DNA of 64,000 nucleotides from Malacoraja senta (taxonomy: Eukaryota), in assembly GCA_038087875.1 (NCBI GenBank), contig CM075989.1:4464001-4528000 (forward strand). The letters are read 5' to 3'. The translations under genes were made by a program, and so were the position numbers. Shown one piece after another: positions 14,657 to 26,436 of this stretch; the stretch's first letter is position 1; each line of letters starts with the position of its first letter. The notes under the pieces are model-generated. The model had not been told where the DNA came from and did not search any database. It saw nothing but the letters and a program-made list of their open reading frames with translations.

Positions 14657-15189
14657 TATATCCGACCCGTCCGTTTTAAAATCGCAATGAATCTTCATCT
14701 TATACGGAGCAACATTATTGCTGGAAATTCGAAACCAGGTGATGTCCCGTTGTCCACGATATGCTCTAATATTTATATTAAAAAGCATTCCGCTAATATC
14801 TCATTTAAATTTACAGAAAAGAATGAAAAGGTGAAAATGGTTTTAAAACGAGTAGACGATGTTGGATCGAAATTCCATTGAAAAATAACAACCTATTGAT
14901 TTGAATGTTGTAACTGATGAAAATACACCTCGTTCCAATTTATAATTAACCATGCTCAATATATAGTAGGACATTGAACAGGGTTTCTAGCTGGGTTTAA
15001 CGAACGTTTTAACGCTTTAATCTTAATTATTTTCCTATTTGTGTTGAACCTACAGTCAACTCGCAGCCTGCCTAAGATAAATTAAAATCGGTTACATGAA
15101 CCTATTAATTCAAGTAACTAAACTTAAACAATTGATTTTGCAACGGGCACAATAAAGTTCTGGTCAAAACAAACAAATATTTAAAGATG

Positions 15190-15313
15190 TAGTAGGAAGG
15201 AACTGCAGGTGCTGGTTTAAACCGAAGATAGACACAAAATGCTGGAGTAACTCAGCGGGACAGGCAGCATCTCTGGAGAAAATGAAACCCTGCTACTTCA
15301 GAATTTTGTGTCT
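15190..15313 (-). mobile_element. Penelope-derived mini-insert
   Basis: pLTR sequence flanked by 15-bp TSD aaatatttaaagatg at 15175-15189 and 15314-15328. Confidence 0.7.
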
Positions 15314-16829
15314 AAATATTTAAAGATGACCATTACTTAAAATACTGCATCAATATTCCCCCATTTAAATCGGCATTTGTTATTATTCGTACCAGGTTTT
15401 ATTGATTAATGGAGTCTTGTTAAGGGTAAGTTCTCGGAAGCTTGTTATCATACGCTACATTTTTAAACGGGGCACAAATAATTGTTACATTTTAGCTTCA
15501 AATTAAGGCGAATTGGCACAGTGTACAAAATCACTTTCTCCCCGCGAATTGTTCGTTTCCTTGCAATTGGTTGAATTCGAATTAGACGGCACTTTAATAT
15601 GTTTATCTTTTTAAATAAAGGTAACAGAAAATATGACAGCTCATCACAGCTAATCAACCATTGAAAATTACCTAAAGCTTTCAATCATTTCAGAAAGCGT
15701 CAATAGTCCAATCTGGCTCATGGTCGGTGGATAGGTATTATCGAAAGCAGAATGTTAATACATTTAATAAACTACAGTTGGACCATATATGTGTTGCATT
15801 CCGAGACAGTTGTAGATTCAATCCAAGAATAAGTAATCAATGTTAGCAGATCGGGTTGTATTCAAATAACACGTTAATTTCTAAATCGATTATAGGCCAC
15901 GATCTATGGATATTTGATCATTTGTTTTTAACATTGTGAAAGGCATGTGTAATTTTGAAATCTCGAGTAAACGATTAAGGTTTGGTTGTTATGTAAATCA
16001 ACTTCCAATTGTTAAACCAAAGTATTTTGTGCTATATTTTCTTTAATTGCGAAATTTGTCATTCAGACCACTGGAATGATTTCATTTGCAGATATTTCGG
16101 TGTTGGGCGGAGTATTTGCACACACAAAAAATCAACATAATCGATGCAATTGCGTTGGCGCCGTGTTCCGGAGACACCAGTAGTACAATGTTCACCTTGG
16201 CATCCATTGCAATCTTGCGATCGGTTCCATAATCAGAAGATCTGGCGTTGCGACGGTTCAGACTAGGCATACCTTGATTAAAGCGTGGTCCTAGAATTCT
16301 CTATCTCTATATCCATCTATATATCAGCGTCTATGTCTTTCATTTCCCTTTTCCCTGACTCTCACTCTGAAGAAGGAGCTCGACCCCAAATGTTACCCAT
16401 TCCTTCTCTCCAGAGATGCTGCCTGACCCGCTGAGTTACTCCAGGTTTTTGTATCTATCTGACATTTCTATCATTGGGTTTCCTACTTTGTATTGTCGTT
16501 TTACATCCACTGTTAAGGGCGTACTGTCTTTGTGGCTCAGAACCATTTGATACTTCATATTTCTGACATTATACAAGAGCGAATAATTCACTGGAGGAAC
16601 ATAGGAACACATTTGAAGCATCGTTTCTCCAGAAAAGTTTTTTTTATTTCTCCAGAAAAGCCAGAACCCCCGGTCTCTGCAAGGTGTGGAAATATTACAA
16701 CACAAACGTGTTGTATCTGATTAAGCTGTTAAAAAAATAGACGTAACTATTTTTCCGGGTCGATTCGAGTGTTTGTCGATGATCTTGTTCTGGACTGAAT
16801 CCCTGAGATGCAGTGATTGGGACGACATT

Positions 16830-16937
16830 ATTATCATTAATATTATCATTAATATTATCATTAATATTATCATTAATATTATCATTAATATTATCATTAA
16901 TATTATCATTAATATTATCATTAATATTATCATTAAT
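16830..16937. repeat. Perfect 12-bp tandem repeat (ATTATCATTAAT)x9
   Basis: Direct reading. Confidence 0.95.
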
Positions 16938-17409
16938 TGGGACGAGAGTATCGTTATTTGTGCTATCCCGGAGAACGCGCACTTCGAGTGCCTGCGTGAA
17001 ACGTTTTTTTTTAAATCACCCCTGAGATTCCAAGATCAACCTCTGCAAAAGGACACAAAAAGCTGGAGTAACTCAGCGGGCCAGACAGCATCTTTGGAGA
17101 AAAGGAATAGGTGACGTTTCGGGAGGCCCGCCATTGAACTGACGCAAACCTCAGCCACAACCAATGTGAGACGTGGACAGCGGTTGTAACGCTGCCTTCC
17201 TCACTCGGTACCTCTGACCATAGTTCCCTGTGGATGAGTCTGGTCGTTGGGCAGGGAGAGAAATCAGCTCATGCTCCCGCATTGTGACCTTCAAACAAGC
17301 AATTCCCTGCCCACAGCGTTCATGCCATTAAGTTTACAAAACACACCACCACCAACTAATGAGTGGGCGCAACGCCAACCTGAGGCCAGTCAGTACGCAG
17401 GAGGGTGGC

Positions 17410-17760
17410 TTAGAGACATACAGCATGGAAACTGGCCCTTCCACCCAACTTGCCCACACCTACGAACATGTCCCATCTACACTAGTCCCACCTACCTGCC
17501 TTTGACACACATCCATCTAATCCTGTCCTATCCATTTACCTGTCAATGATGCGATTGTATTTGCCGCAACTACCTCTTCCGGCAGCTCTTCCCAACATCC
17601 ACCACACATTGTGTGAAAAAGTTACTCCTCAGGTTCCTATTAAATCTTTCCCCCCTCACCTTAAACCAATGTCCTTTGGTTCTCCATTCCCCTACACTGG
17701 GCAAGAGACACTGTGTGTCTACCTGATCAATTCCTCTCACAAAATGATACATTTATGTAT
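17410..17760 (-). mobile_element. CR1 LINE 3' fragment
   Basis: Peptide RTKGHWFKVRGERFNRNLRSNFFTQ is the CR1 ORF2 C-terminus. Confidence 0.8.
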
Positions 17761-17865
17761 ATGACCAAGTCAAACTATAAACCTTAAGAACTGGGCTGAC
17801 AATAAATTGCCTATGAGTGGCTCATGATCAATGTTACTGAAGCACCTTCTCACCAGTGGCACCCT

Positions 17866-18063
17866 AGTCACGGGCGCCCTGCGGGATTTCCGGGACCGCT
17901 GGGCACTGTGGGGTGTGGAGTGCATCCTTGACAAGGATGGGGAATTAGTCATTTAAGAATATTTGTTTTACATGTACTATGGTGGTGGGTTTTGTTTTGA
18001 ATCATTTAGTATTGTACATATTATTGTAAATAATTGAATAAATTATTTTTGGCTAAAAAAAAA
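17866..18063 (+). mobile_element. L1/Tx1-type LINE extreme 3' end
   Basis: Reads ALRDFRDRWALWGVECILDKDGELVI*, then AATAAA and a poly(A) tail; 9-bp TSD tggcaccct at 17857-17865 and 18064-18072. Confidence 0.65.
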
Positions 18064-18324
18064 TGGCACCCTCGTTGTCCTCATTGTCCTGAGCATATGA
18101 GTCAAATCAAGTTTAGTTCTGAACATAAGTCTGTCAAAATTTAGTTGCGTCCGTCAAAACCCCGGACACATTAATCACTGACATTTTTGTTTAAGTTTTG
18201 CTGGCATTTGTCTAAGTTGTAACTGGCATTCTGTCCCAGGCTCTATATTTGGAGAACTTACTAATCCAATGAAGGCTTTTGTTTAGAGTGTGTTTCCCAA
18301 CACCCTAGTGGGTAAGATCACGCC

Positions 18325-19100
18325 CACTGTAGCATTTGGAGTACTGTGCGCAAATTTGGGTCCCATATCTGAGGAAGGATGTGCTGACTCTGGAGAGAGT
18401 CCAGAGGAGGTTTACAAGAATTATTCCTTGAATGAGTGGGTTAGCATATGATGAGCATTTAACAGCACTGGGCCTCTACTCGCTGGAGTTTAGAAGGTTG
18501 AGGGGGGACCTCATTGAAACTTACAAAGGGGCTTTGACTATGACTCTGACATCGGGGGGGGGGGGAGTGCAGTGGAGAGATAAGTTTTTTTTGCCTTCCA
18601 TCACAGCGCTGTGATGGATGTATGTGTAAATTGTGTTGTCTCGGGTCTTCTTCGTTTTGTGATGTATGGCTGCAGAAACGATATTTCGTTTGGACCTCAA
18701 GGGGTCCAAATGACAAATTTGTCCAAAAGACAAATAAACAAAATTGAATTGAATTGAATTGAAAATAATGAAAGGCATAGATAGAGTGGATGTTTCTACT
18801 GGTGGGAGAGTCTAGGACCAGAGGTCATAGTCTCAGAATTAAGGGGCGCTCTTTTAGAAAGGAGGTGAGGTGGAACATCTATAGTCAGAGGGTTGTAACT
18901 CATTGCCGCAGAGGGCTGTGGAGGCAAGTCAGTCGATATTTTTAAGGCAGATAGACAAATTCTTGATTAGAATGGATGTCAAGGGTTATGGGGAGAAGGT
19001 AGGAAAATGGGATTAGGAGGCAGAGATAAGCCATGATTGAATGGCGGAGTGGACTCAATGGGCCAAATGGCCTAATTCTACTCCTTTAACGTGAACTTGT
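18325..19100 (+). mobile_element. CR1 3' fragment interrupted at ~18528-18762 by an (AATTG)n-tailed LINE 3' UTR insert
   Basis: Peptide LGLYSLEFRRLRGDLIETYK; the CR1 resumes at aataatgaaaggc. Confidence 0.8.
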
Positions 19101-19129
19101 GAGCATCAAGCCACAGAGCAAATTCAGAG

Positions 19130-19450
19130 AGGGCGGCACGGTGGCGCAGCAGTAGAGTTGCTCCTTTACAGCGAATGCAGCGCCGGAGACCCGGGTTTGA
19201 TCCTGACTACGGGTGCTGTCTGTCCAGAGTTTGTACGTTCTCCCCGTGACCTACGCGGGTTTTCTCCGAGATCTTCGCTTTCCTCCCACATTCCAAAGAC
19301 GTAGGTTAATTGGCTTGGTAAATGTAAAAAAAAATAGTCCCTAGTGGGTATAGGATGGTGTTAATGTGCGGGTATCGCTGGTCGGCGCGGACCCGGTGGG
19401 CCAAAAGGGCCTGTTTCAGCGCTGTATCTCTAAACTCTAAACTAAACTAA
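19130..19450 (+). mobile_element. Full-length V-SINE
   Basis: A and B boxes, V-domain, (ctaaa)n tail. Confidence 0.9.
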
Positions 19451-20690
19451 TTCCAACCAGTTGCTCAACTTCCCAAAGTCAACTGAAGACAACCAAGGAG
19501 AAAGAAACAATGCTCAGGACAAGAGAATATCATTCATGATTTCTGCTCCATATCCCTATTACTACTCTCTAAAGGTAAGCTATTGTATAACTATTGTGTG
19601 AAAGGGAGAACAGGGAGCATACCTGGGAGCAAAACTGTATACTTTATACAGTTTTAAGGATGTCCTCTGACCCAGAAATTCAGAGTCCAGACTATTAATT
19701 GGAGACACGAGTCTCCAAGGGGTCTCCTTCTCCCTTTAATGTCACAATGGTGAGTATAAGTTTATTTCTATGACCAGCAATTCTTGTACACTAGCACTAT
19801 CCTAGTCACTGGGGACAATTTACAATTTTACCAAAGCCAATTAACCTAGAAAACTAAGGTAGAGACAAAATGCTGGAGTAACTCAGCGGCACAGGCAGCA
19901 TCTCTGGAGAGAAGGAATCGGTGACATTTCGGATTGAGACCCTTCTTCAGACTGACCCGAAACATCACCCATTCCTTCTCTCCAGAGCTGCTGCTTGTCC
20001 CGCTGAGTTACTCCAGCATTTTGTATCTACCTTCGATTTAAACCAGCATCTGCAGGAGTCGGCCATTCGGCCCATCGAGCCAGCACTGCCATTCAATGTG
20101 ATCATGGCTGATCATCCCCAATCAGTACCCCATGCCTGCCTTCTCCTCATATCCCCTGACTCTGCTATCTTAAAGAGCCCTATCTAGCTCTTTCTTGAAA
20201 GTATCCAGAAAACCAGCCTCCACCGCCCTCTGAGGCAGGGAATTCCACAGACTACAACTCTCTGTGTGAAAAAGTGTTTCCTCATCTCCGTTCTAAATAG
20301 CTTACTCCTTATTCTTAAACTGTGGCCTCTGGTTCCGGACATTCCTACAAACCTAGAAAACTATACCTCTTTGGAGTGTGGGAAGAAACTGGAGCACCCA
20401 TGCGGTCACAGGGAGAACAAACAAACTCCATACAGTCAGCACCTGTAGTCAGGATCGAACCTGGGTCTCCGGTACCTTATGGCAGCAACTCTACCGCTGC
20501 ATCACTGTACCGCCCCTTTGTATTGGTATTGTTGTCCATTAAAGGAACGAGCTGCCAGATGAAGTAGTTGAAGCAGGTGTTGTCACAACATTTAAAAGAT
20601 ACTTGGACAGGTACATGGATAGGAAAGGTTTAGAGAAATAAGACAAAATGATGGTAAATGGGATTAGTTCAGATGGAGCATCTTGGTTGC

Positions 20691-20833
20691 TTCTTCTTCT
20701 TCTTGCGTATGGCGTGCACATCCTAAAGTTGTGGGACAACTTATTCTATTTGATCTTATTTGATTGTGCACGCCAAGTTGATTGCATTTGTCGAAACAGG
20801 GCGGACCACGTGAAGGTTGCAATCTTCCACCCC
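20691..20833 (-). mobile_element. 143-bp non-autonomous retroposon with a 5' HDV-like ribozyme and (AAG)n tail
   Basis: TSD atcttggttgc at 20680-20690 and 20834-20844 inside a CR1 3' UTR; the tail reads as (ctt)n on the + strand at 20690-20704. Confidence 0.85.
20780..20833 (-). ncRNA. Minimal HDV/CPEB3-like self-cleaving ribozyme (predicted)
   Basis: GGGGTGG(P1) AA GATTGCA(P2) ACC(P3) TTCACGT(L3) GGT(P3') CCGCCCT(P1') GTTTCGA C AAA TGCAATC(P2'); all helices pair, G1-U wobble is present, catalytic-position C at 20790. Confidence 0.8.
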
Positions 20834-21619
20834 ATCTTGGTTGCAATGAAGGAGTTGTCTAATGGGCCAGTTTCTGTTCTGTAAGACTCTAAATGAAGAT
20901 TGTTTGGTTACCTGTTAAACCACATTGAATCAAATTGGTGCCTTCAGGAGATAGTAATGGTTTGTGGCCTGATGTGGCATTGCCAACAAAAGAGCAAATG
21001 CGGCATTTTAAACTTTACCTTCCCGAATCATTGAAACCCTTTTAGTTTTTGCATTGTTCAGATTTGTGCCTGTGACTATAAAGCCCTCAATGGATGCTTA
21101 GGGAATGCAATAAAACAGCTGTTTGCAATGTACATCGTCATACAGCGGCTTCAATACAATGGTGAATGTTCTACGCAAAACTCCAAAGTGAAGTGTCAGG
21201 AGTTATGGGGAGAAGGCAGGATAATGTGGTTGAGAGGGGAAAATAGATCAGCCATGATTGAATTTTGTAGTAGACTTGAAGGGCCGAATGGCCTAATTCT
21301 GCTCCTCGGACATGAACTTATGAAAGGAAGTGATTCCATTTAGAATAGTAATGAATGAGAGCTCTCCAGATGTGCGTGGACTTTGTCAGTTGTTTTCTTT
21401 GCGAAGAAACATAACTTGATTACTTTAGAATAAGATGACCACCAGGATCAATAATCATTTCTTCCCAATGGGGCTCGTGAACATTATGCAACGTTAACCT
21501 CAACCTTGAATTCTCATGTTGAACATGTCCTTAGTTGCACTAAGGATCTTGTTTTGCTTTAGCACTTGCATTGCGGCTATTAATCTATCATTTTGTTCTA
21601 TTGTATATTATCTATTTGT

Positions 21620-21995
21620 ATAGAGGTTTATAAGATCATGAGAGGAATAGATTGGGTAGATGCACAGAGTAGGTGAATCGAGGACCAGAGGACATAGATT
21701 TAAGGTGAAGGGGAAAAGATTGAATAGTAATCTGAGGGGTAACTTTTTCACACAAAGGGTGGTGGGTGTATGGAACAAGCTGCCAGAGGAGGTAGTTGAG
21801 GCAGTGACTATCCAAAGTTGAGGCAGTGACTATCCCAAGCAGTCAGACAGGTACATGGATAGGACAGGTTTGGAGGGACATGGACAAAATGCTGGCAGGT
21901 GGGACTAGTGTGGCTGGGACATATTGGCCGGTGTGGGCAAGTTGGGCTGAAGGCCTGTTTCCAAACTGTATCACTCTATGGCCCGATGACTCTAT
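21620..21995 (+). mobile_element. CR1 3' fragment
   Basis: ORF2 end and 3' UTR similar to the other CR1 copies. Confidence 0.75.
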
Positions 21996-22376
21996 GCATA
22001 TCATGATTTGAGGCCAGTTGTAATGCTGCAAGTAAGAATTTCATTGTCGTGTTGGTCAGTACACAGGACAATTAAATACCTTTGAGGCGGCTATTTTCCA
22101 AAGAGACACAATATTAAACTAAGGTCGGTGACCAACTGAGTTCCTCCTCTAGTCTGTTTTAAATGAAGGTTGTTTAATGTCAAATTCAATTTTACTTCGG
22201 AGTCACGTGAGTGACTACGTGAAGAACCCCGCCAGTGCGCCTGCGCGTCATTACGTCAGACGCCTTGACGCAAACGGACGTGAGGAGCAGTGCTCCTCGA
22301 GTGGTTTGTAGTTTTTCAACTACAAGGTAAGTAAAAACTTTTTTACAGGTTTTCCAGGTCCGTTTACTGTGGGTCG

Positions 22377-23600
22377 ATGGCGATTTTTTCCACAGACGCC
22401 ATGGGAAAAAACGGACAGGGGGAAGAGGCGAGCGACATAGCCGACAGAAGTCGGGAAAGTCGGGAGTCCGCGGTTAGAGACCAACCGCCTCTAAACCCCG
22501 GTACAGTCGCCAGCGGTGAGCATAGCGACTGTGGACCTGGGGCTGGTGAAAACACAGTCAGCGCCTGTCGGGCAAAAGACAAAGTTTAAATCCCAACAGA
22601 GGGAGTCCCAGGCAATGAAGAAGCTCCAGGGCTAGATACTGCTTTAGAGCGTATTGCCCAAATAGAAAGCCTTTTACACAGGCTGTTGGAGCAAAGTTCA
22701 CTCAGGAAGGAGTGTTCTGAAAGCCAAGCTGCTGGAAACAGCTCAAACAGCTCCTGGTACAGGGCTAGATACTGCTTTCGAGCGTATTGCCCAAATAGAA
22801 GCCTTTTTCATAGGTTGTTGGAGCAAAAGTTCACTCAGGAAGGAGTGTACTGTAATCCAAGCTGCAGGAGCAGCTTAACAGCACCTGGCTCAGGGCTGAT
22901 GGAATGCACCCTCAGGAATGAGGAGCGTGCTACGGGTCATGAGATTTCAGACCCCGACTCTGACGGTGAGGCTGTACAAGGCGATGAAAGGCAGCTGCCA
23001 GATGTTCCACCCCTGGTAGTAGGATTCGCTGCCCCGTCAGGGTCAGGAGAGCCATTAGGAAGAACTGGCCTCCTTAATAAATTACTTGGTTTACCATTAG
23101 CTGGAACAGCATGAAATGGATGAGACTGCAAGAGTATCTGGAATCAGTTGCAGAGAATATTAAAGCTGCTGGGTTCTGGAATAACTGCTTTTACCAGAAT
23201 AGCAGGTAACAACCAAAAGATGACGAAGTTGCATCAGCAAGCACTGGGGTTGCTATGCAGCACCCACTTCGAGAAGTGCTATACGGTCTACTATGAATCC
23301 GAAATTCGCAGCACTCTGCAAACCAAGTAATATACAAATTACCCAACTTACTCTTTGGAGAGATCTCGGGAGACGTATTAAAGAGTTGGAAGATGAAGCG
23401 AAAACAGGATTGATGAAGACATCAATGGATGTGAAGTCTGTAAAGAGGAAGTATCCTTTCAGATGTCATACGGATCCTGGACCAAGTCGCTCATCAACGC
23501 AGGGACGTAGTTGGCGGCCTGCAGCGGGAGCAAGAACCAGTGGGCGTGCTTCCGGGAGAACCCAGGAATCTCAGGGTACTCAAATGACTCAAGAGGTAGG
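22377..23600 (+). pseudogene. DIRS gag-like ORF1 remnant
   Basis: Position upstream of RT; disrupted ORFs including FAALCKP...LW...L...IKEL. Confidence 0.5.
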
Positions 23601-23639
23601 TGGACCTGGTTCTCATGGGAACATACTAACTGGATTAAG

Positions 23640-25060
23640 TCCAAAAGTTGGAGGCAGGTTACATTTCTTCTATAATAATTGGAAGAAAATTACTTCAGAT
23701 GTGGTAATCCTGAATATTATACAAGGATTTCGAATTGAATCAATCCAAATTATGATTTGCCTGTTCAGCATGTTCCTAGCCGAACTCTGCACTTTGTACA
23801 AAAAGAAGTGATGGAGGTTCAGGTTGCAATTGAAACCCTATATAAAAAAGGGGTTATTGAAAAATCAGTCTACCAAAGTCACCAATTTGTGTCAAATATA
23901 TTCCCTCGATCAAAAAAGGATGGAGGATGTAGGATTCTTGTAGATTTGATAAATCTGAATCCTTTTGTGCAATTTAGACATTTTAAAATGGAAACATTTG
24001 TGACTGCCAAACAGCTTATTTCAGAAGCATGTTATATGGCAACTATAGACTTGAAAGATGCATATTATTCAGTGTCTGTTCATTCAGAAGATAAGAAGTA
24101 TCTTAAATTTAAATGGATGAACCAGTTGTGGCAGTTCAAAGCTCTGCCTAATGGGTTAATATCTGCACCCAGAATATTCACAAAAATTGTTAAAACCAAT
24201 TCTGGGCTTGCTGAGTAGCCAGGGCCATGTACTAATGGCATATTTGGATGATGTCTTGATTATAGGAAAGACAAAACAGTCAACAGAAGTATCTGTTGCA
24301 GTTGTGAAATCAACTTTTGAAAATTTGGGGTTTCTAATTCATCCACAGAAATCTAGGTTAACACCATGTACCTCTATTCATTATTTGGGGTTCACAATTG
24401 ATTCAGTCCAAATGAATATTACTTTGCCCAGGGAAAAGGGTGGATTTGATTAAAGATTGCAGTAATCTCCTAAACGAGCAAAAACCTTCAATTAGACAGG
24501 TGGCTCGTGTACTGGGAAAATTAGTAGCAGCATTCCCAGCAGTCCAATTCGGACCATTACATTATCAACAGCTGCAGAGACTTAAAGAACAGGCACCGAG
24601 AATGCATGTTGGTCATTTTGATAGAACCATGCAACTAACAACAAATGCTGTTTCTGATCTGCAGTGGTGGATTCTACATGTCTCAAGCAGTTCCAGCAAA
24701 GTGCTGATTGAACAACCTTCCATGATATTACAAACTGACTTAACATCTAGCTGAGGAGGCAGATGGAATCAGGAAGAGTCATTGTTACTGCAGACATGGG
24801 GCATTAACTATTTGGAGCTTCTAGGATGTTTCTATGGGCTCCAAGCTTATTGTTCTAACACAACTAATAAGCATGTTCAAGTTCAAATTGATAACAGAAC
24901 AGTAGTTGTTTATATTAATGATATGGAATTAAGTCGGTGTCTTGTGACAAAATGGTTAATCAACTTTGGGCTTGGTGTATTGAAAAGAACATTTGGATTT
25001 CAGCTATCTATCTACCAGGTAGAATGAACGATAGCAGACACCAGGTCACGAAAAGTTCCA
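23640..25060 (+). pseudogene. DIRS reverse transcriptase / RNase H (frameshifted)
   Basis: Motifs GGRL..W, KKDGG.R..VDL..LN, IDLKDAY, LPNGL..APRIFTK, YLDD (24241-24252), YLG, LQTD, INYLEL, QIDN. Confidence 0.92.
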
Positions 25061-25076
25061 TGATAATAAAGAATGG

Positions 25077-25470
25077 ATGTTGAATCAAGAGGTATTCAAT
25101 GATATAGTCATCAGATTTGGAATGACCGACATCGACTTGAATCATCAGCTATCGAGATATGTCTCATGGAAACCAGATCCAGGAGCAGTGGCGATTGATG
25201 CTTTCTCGCTACATTGGGGTGGTATGTTTTCATATATATTTCCACCTTTCTGCCTCATAAGCCAATGTTTGCTTAAAATCAGGCAAGATGCTGCTTCAAG
25301 GGTATTGGTAGTACCAGATTGGCCTACACAGCCATGGTATCCGTTGATATTAGAATTAACAACACAAATGTTGATGAAAGTCCCAAAAAAGAGTAATTTA
25401 TTGCTGCACCCTGTATAGGGGAACAACATCCATTATATGATCGTTTGGATTTGTTGATTTGCAGGTTTTA
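25077..25470 (+). pseudogene. DIRS methyltransferase-like (MT) domain
   Basis: DID...AIDAFSLHW...YIFPPF...LVVPDWPTQPWYP. Confidence 0.85.
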
Positions 25471-25473
25471 AGA

Positions 25474-26436
25474 ATGCCTTTTCTGGGACGAGGACTGTCT
25501 GAGCATACTGTGGACATGCTTACGACAGCCTGGAGGAAGAGCACTCAAAAACAGTACCTTTCTTATATTAAGAAATGGGAAGAGTTCTGGGTACAAAAGA
25601 ATGTGCAATAAAGTACTGCAGATATTTCAAATGTTTAGAATTTCTGTCAAAACTTTATTATGATGAAGGTCTGAGTTGTAGTGCAATTAATTCAGCCAGA
25701 AGTGCATTGTCCTCATATTTGGTTCTGGATTCAGAAAGAAACTCAATTGGGTCACACCCAATTGTTTCCAGACTAATGAAAGGAATCTTTAATTCCAAAC
25801 CACCGAAACCTAGGTACGTGACAATCTGGGATGTAAGTGTGGTACTGAAACTACTTCGTGATGGTTATCAAGTGTGTCTTTACCTTTGGTCAAGCTCAGT
25901 ATGAAAGTATTCATGTTTATGGCATGGGTGACAGCACAACGAGTGCAAACACTTGGAAAATTACAAATAGACAGTATGGAAGTAACTGAAGACAAGGTTA
26001 CATTCTATATCTATGACCTAATAAAGCAAATTAGGCCAGGTGTGACAGGATTTAAAATTATGCTGGCAGCATATCCAAATGATCCATGTCTCTGTATTAA
26101 GACATATTTATTACAATACATTGAGGTCACAAAGAATTTGAGAATACGGAAACTGGGTTTTTGATCACACACAAGAAACCACACAAGAGAGTTTCAATAC
26201 AGACTATTTCCAGATGGATAAAAGAAGTCTTAACAGCTGCTGGTATTAACACTTATGTTTTTACGTCTCACTCGACTAGCGCAGCAGAAATGTCGGCGGC
26301 CAGGGCAAAAGACGGGCCCGTCGACCATATCCTCGCAGCCGCCGGGTGGTCCAATGAGTTGATGTTTCAACATTTTTACCATCGGCCTATTGTTAATGCG
26401 GGGTTGTTTGCAGAAACTATTTTAAGTTCTGTGTAA
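25474..26436 (+). pseudogene. DIRS tyrosine recombinase (frameshifted)
   Basis: SAINSARSALS, WDVSVVL, TAQRVQTL, TISRWIK, HSTS (the HSTR arginine is mutated), GWS...FY. Confidence 0.9.

Noticed and set aside
16695..17114. NDNI / IIIN / ILSL repeat ORFs
   Set aside because: Artefacts of the 12-bp tandem repeat
19130..19215. tRNA gene-like sequence with A and B boxes
   Set aside because: It is the tRNA-derived head of a V-SINE, continuous with the SINE body; the same applies to all other copies
19450..19760. Splice-donor-like sites (aag|gtaagc near 19574, atg|gtgagt near 19749)
   Set aside because: No supported acceptor or coding frame; cannot be called exons without transcript data
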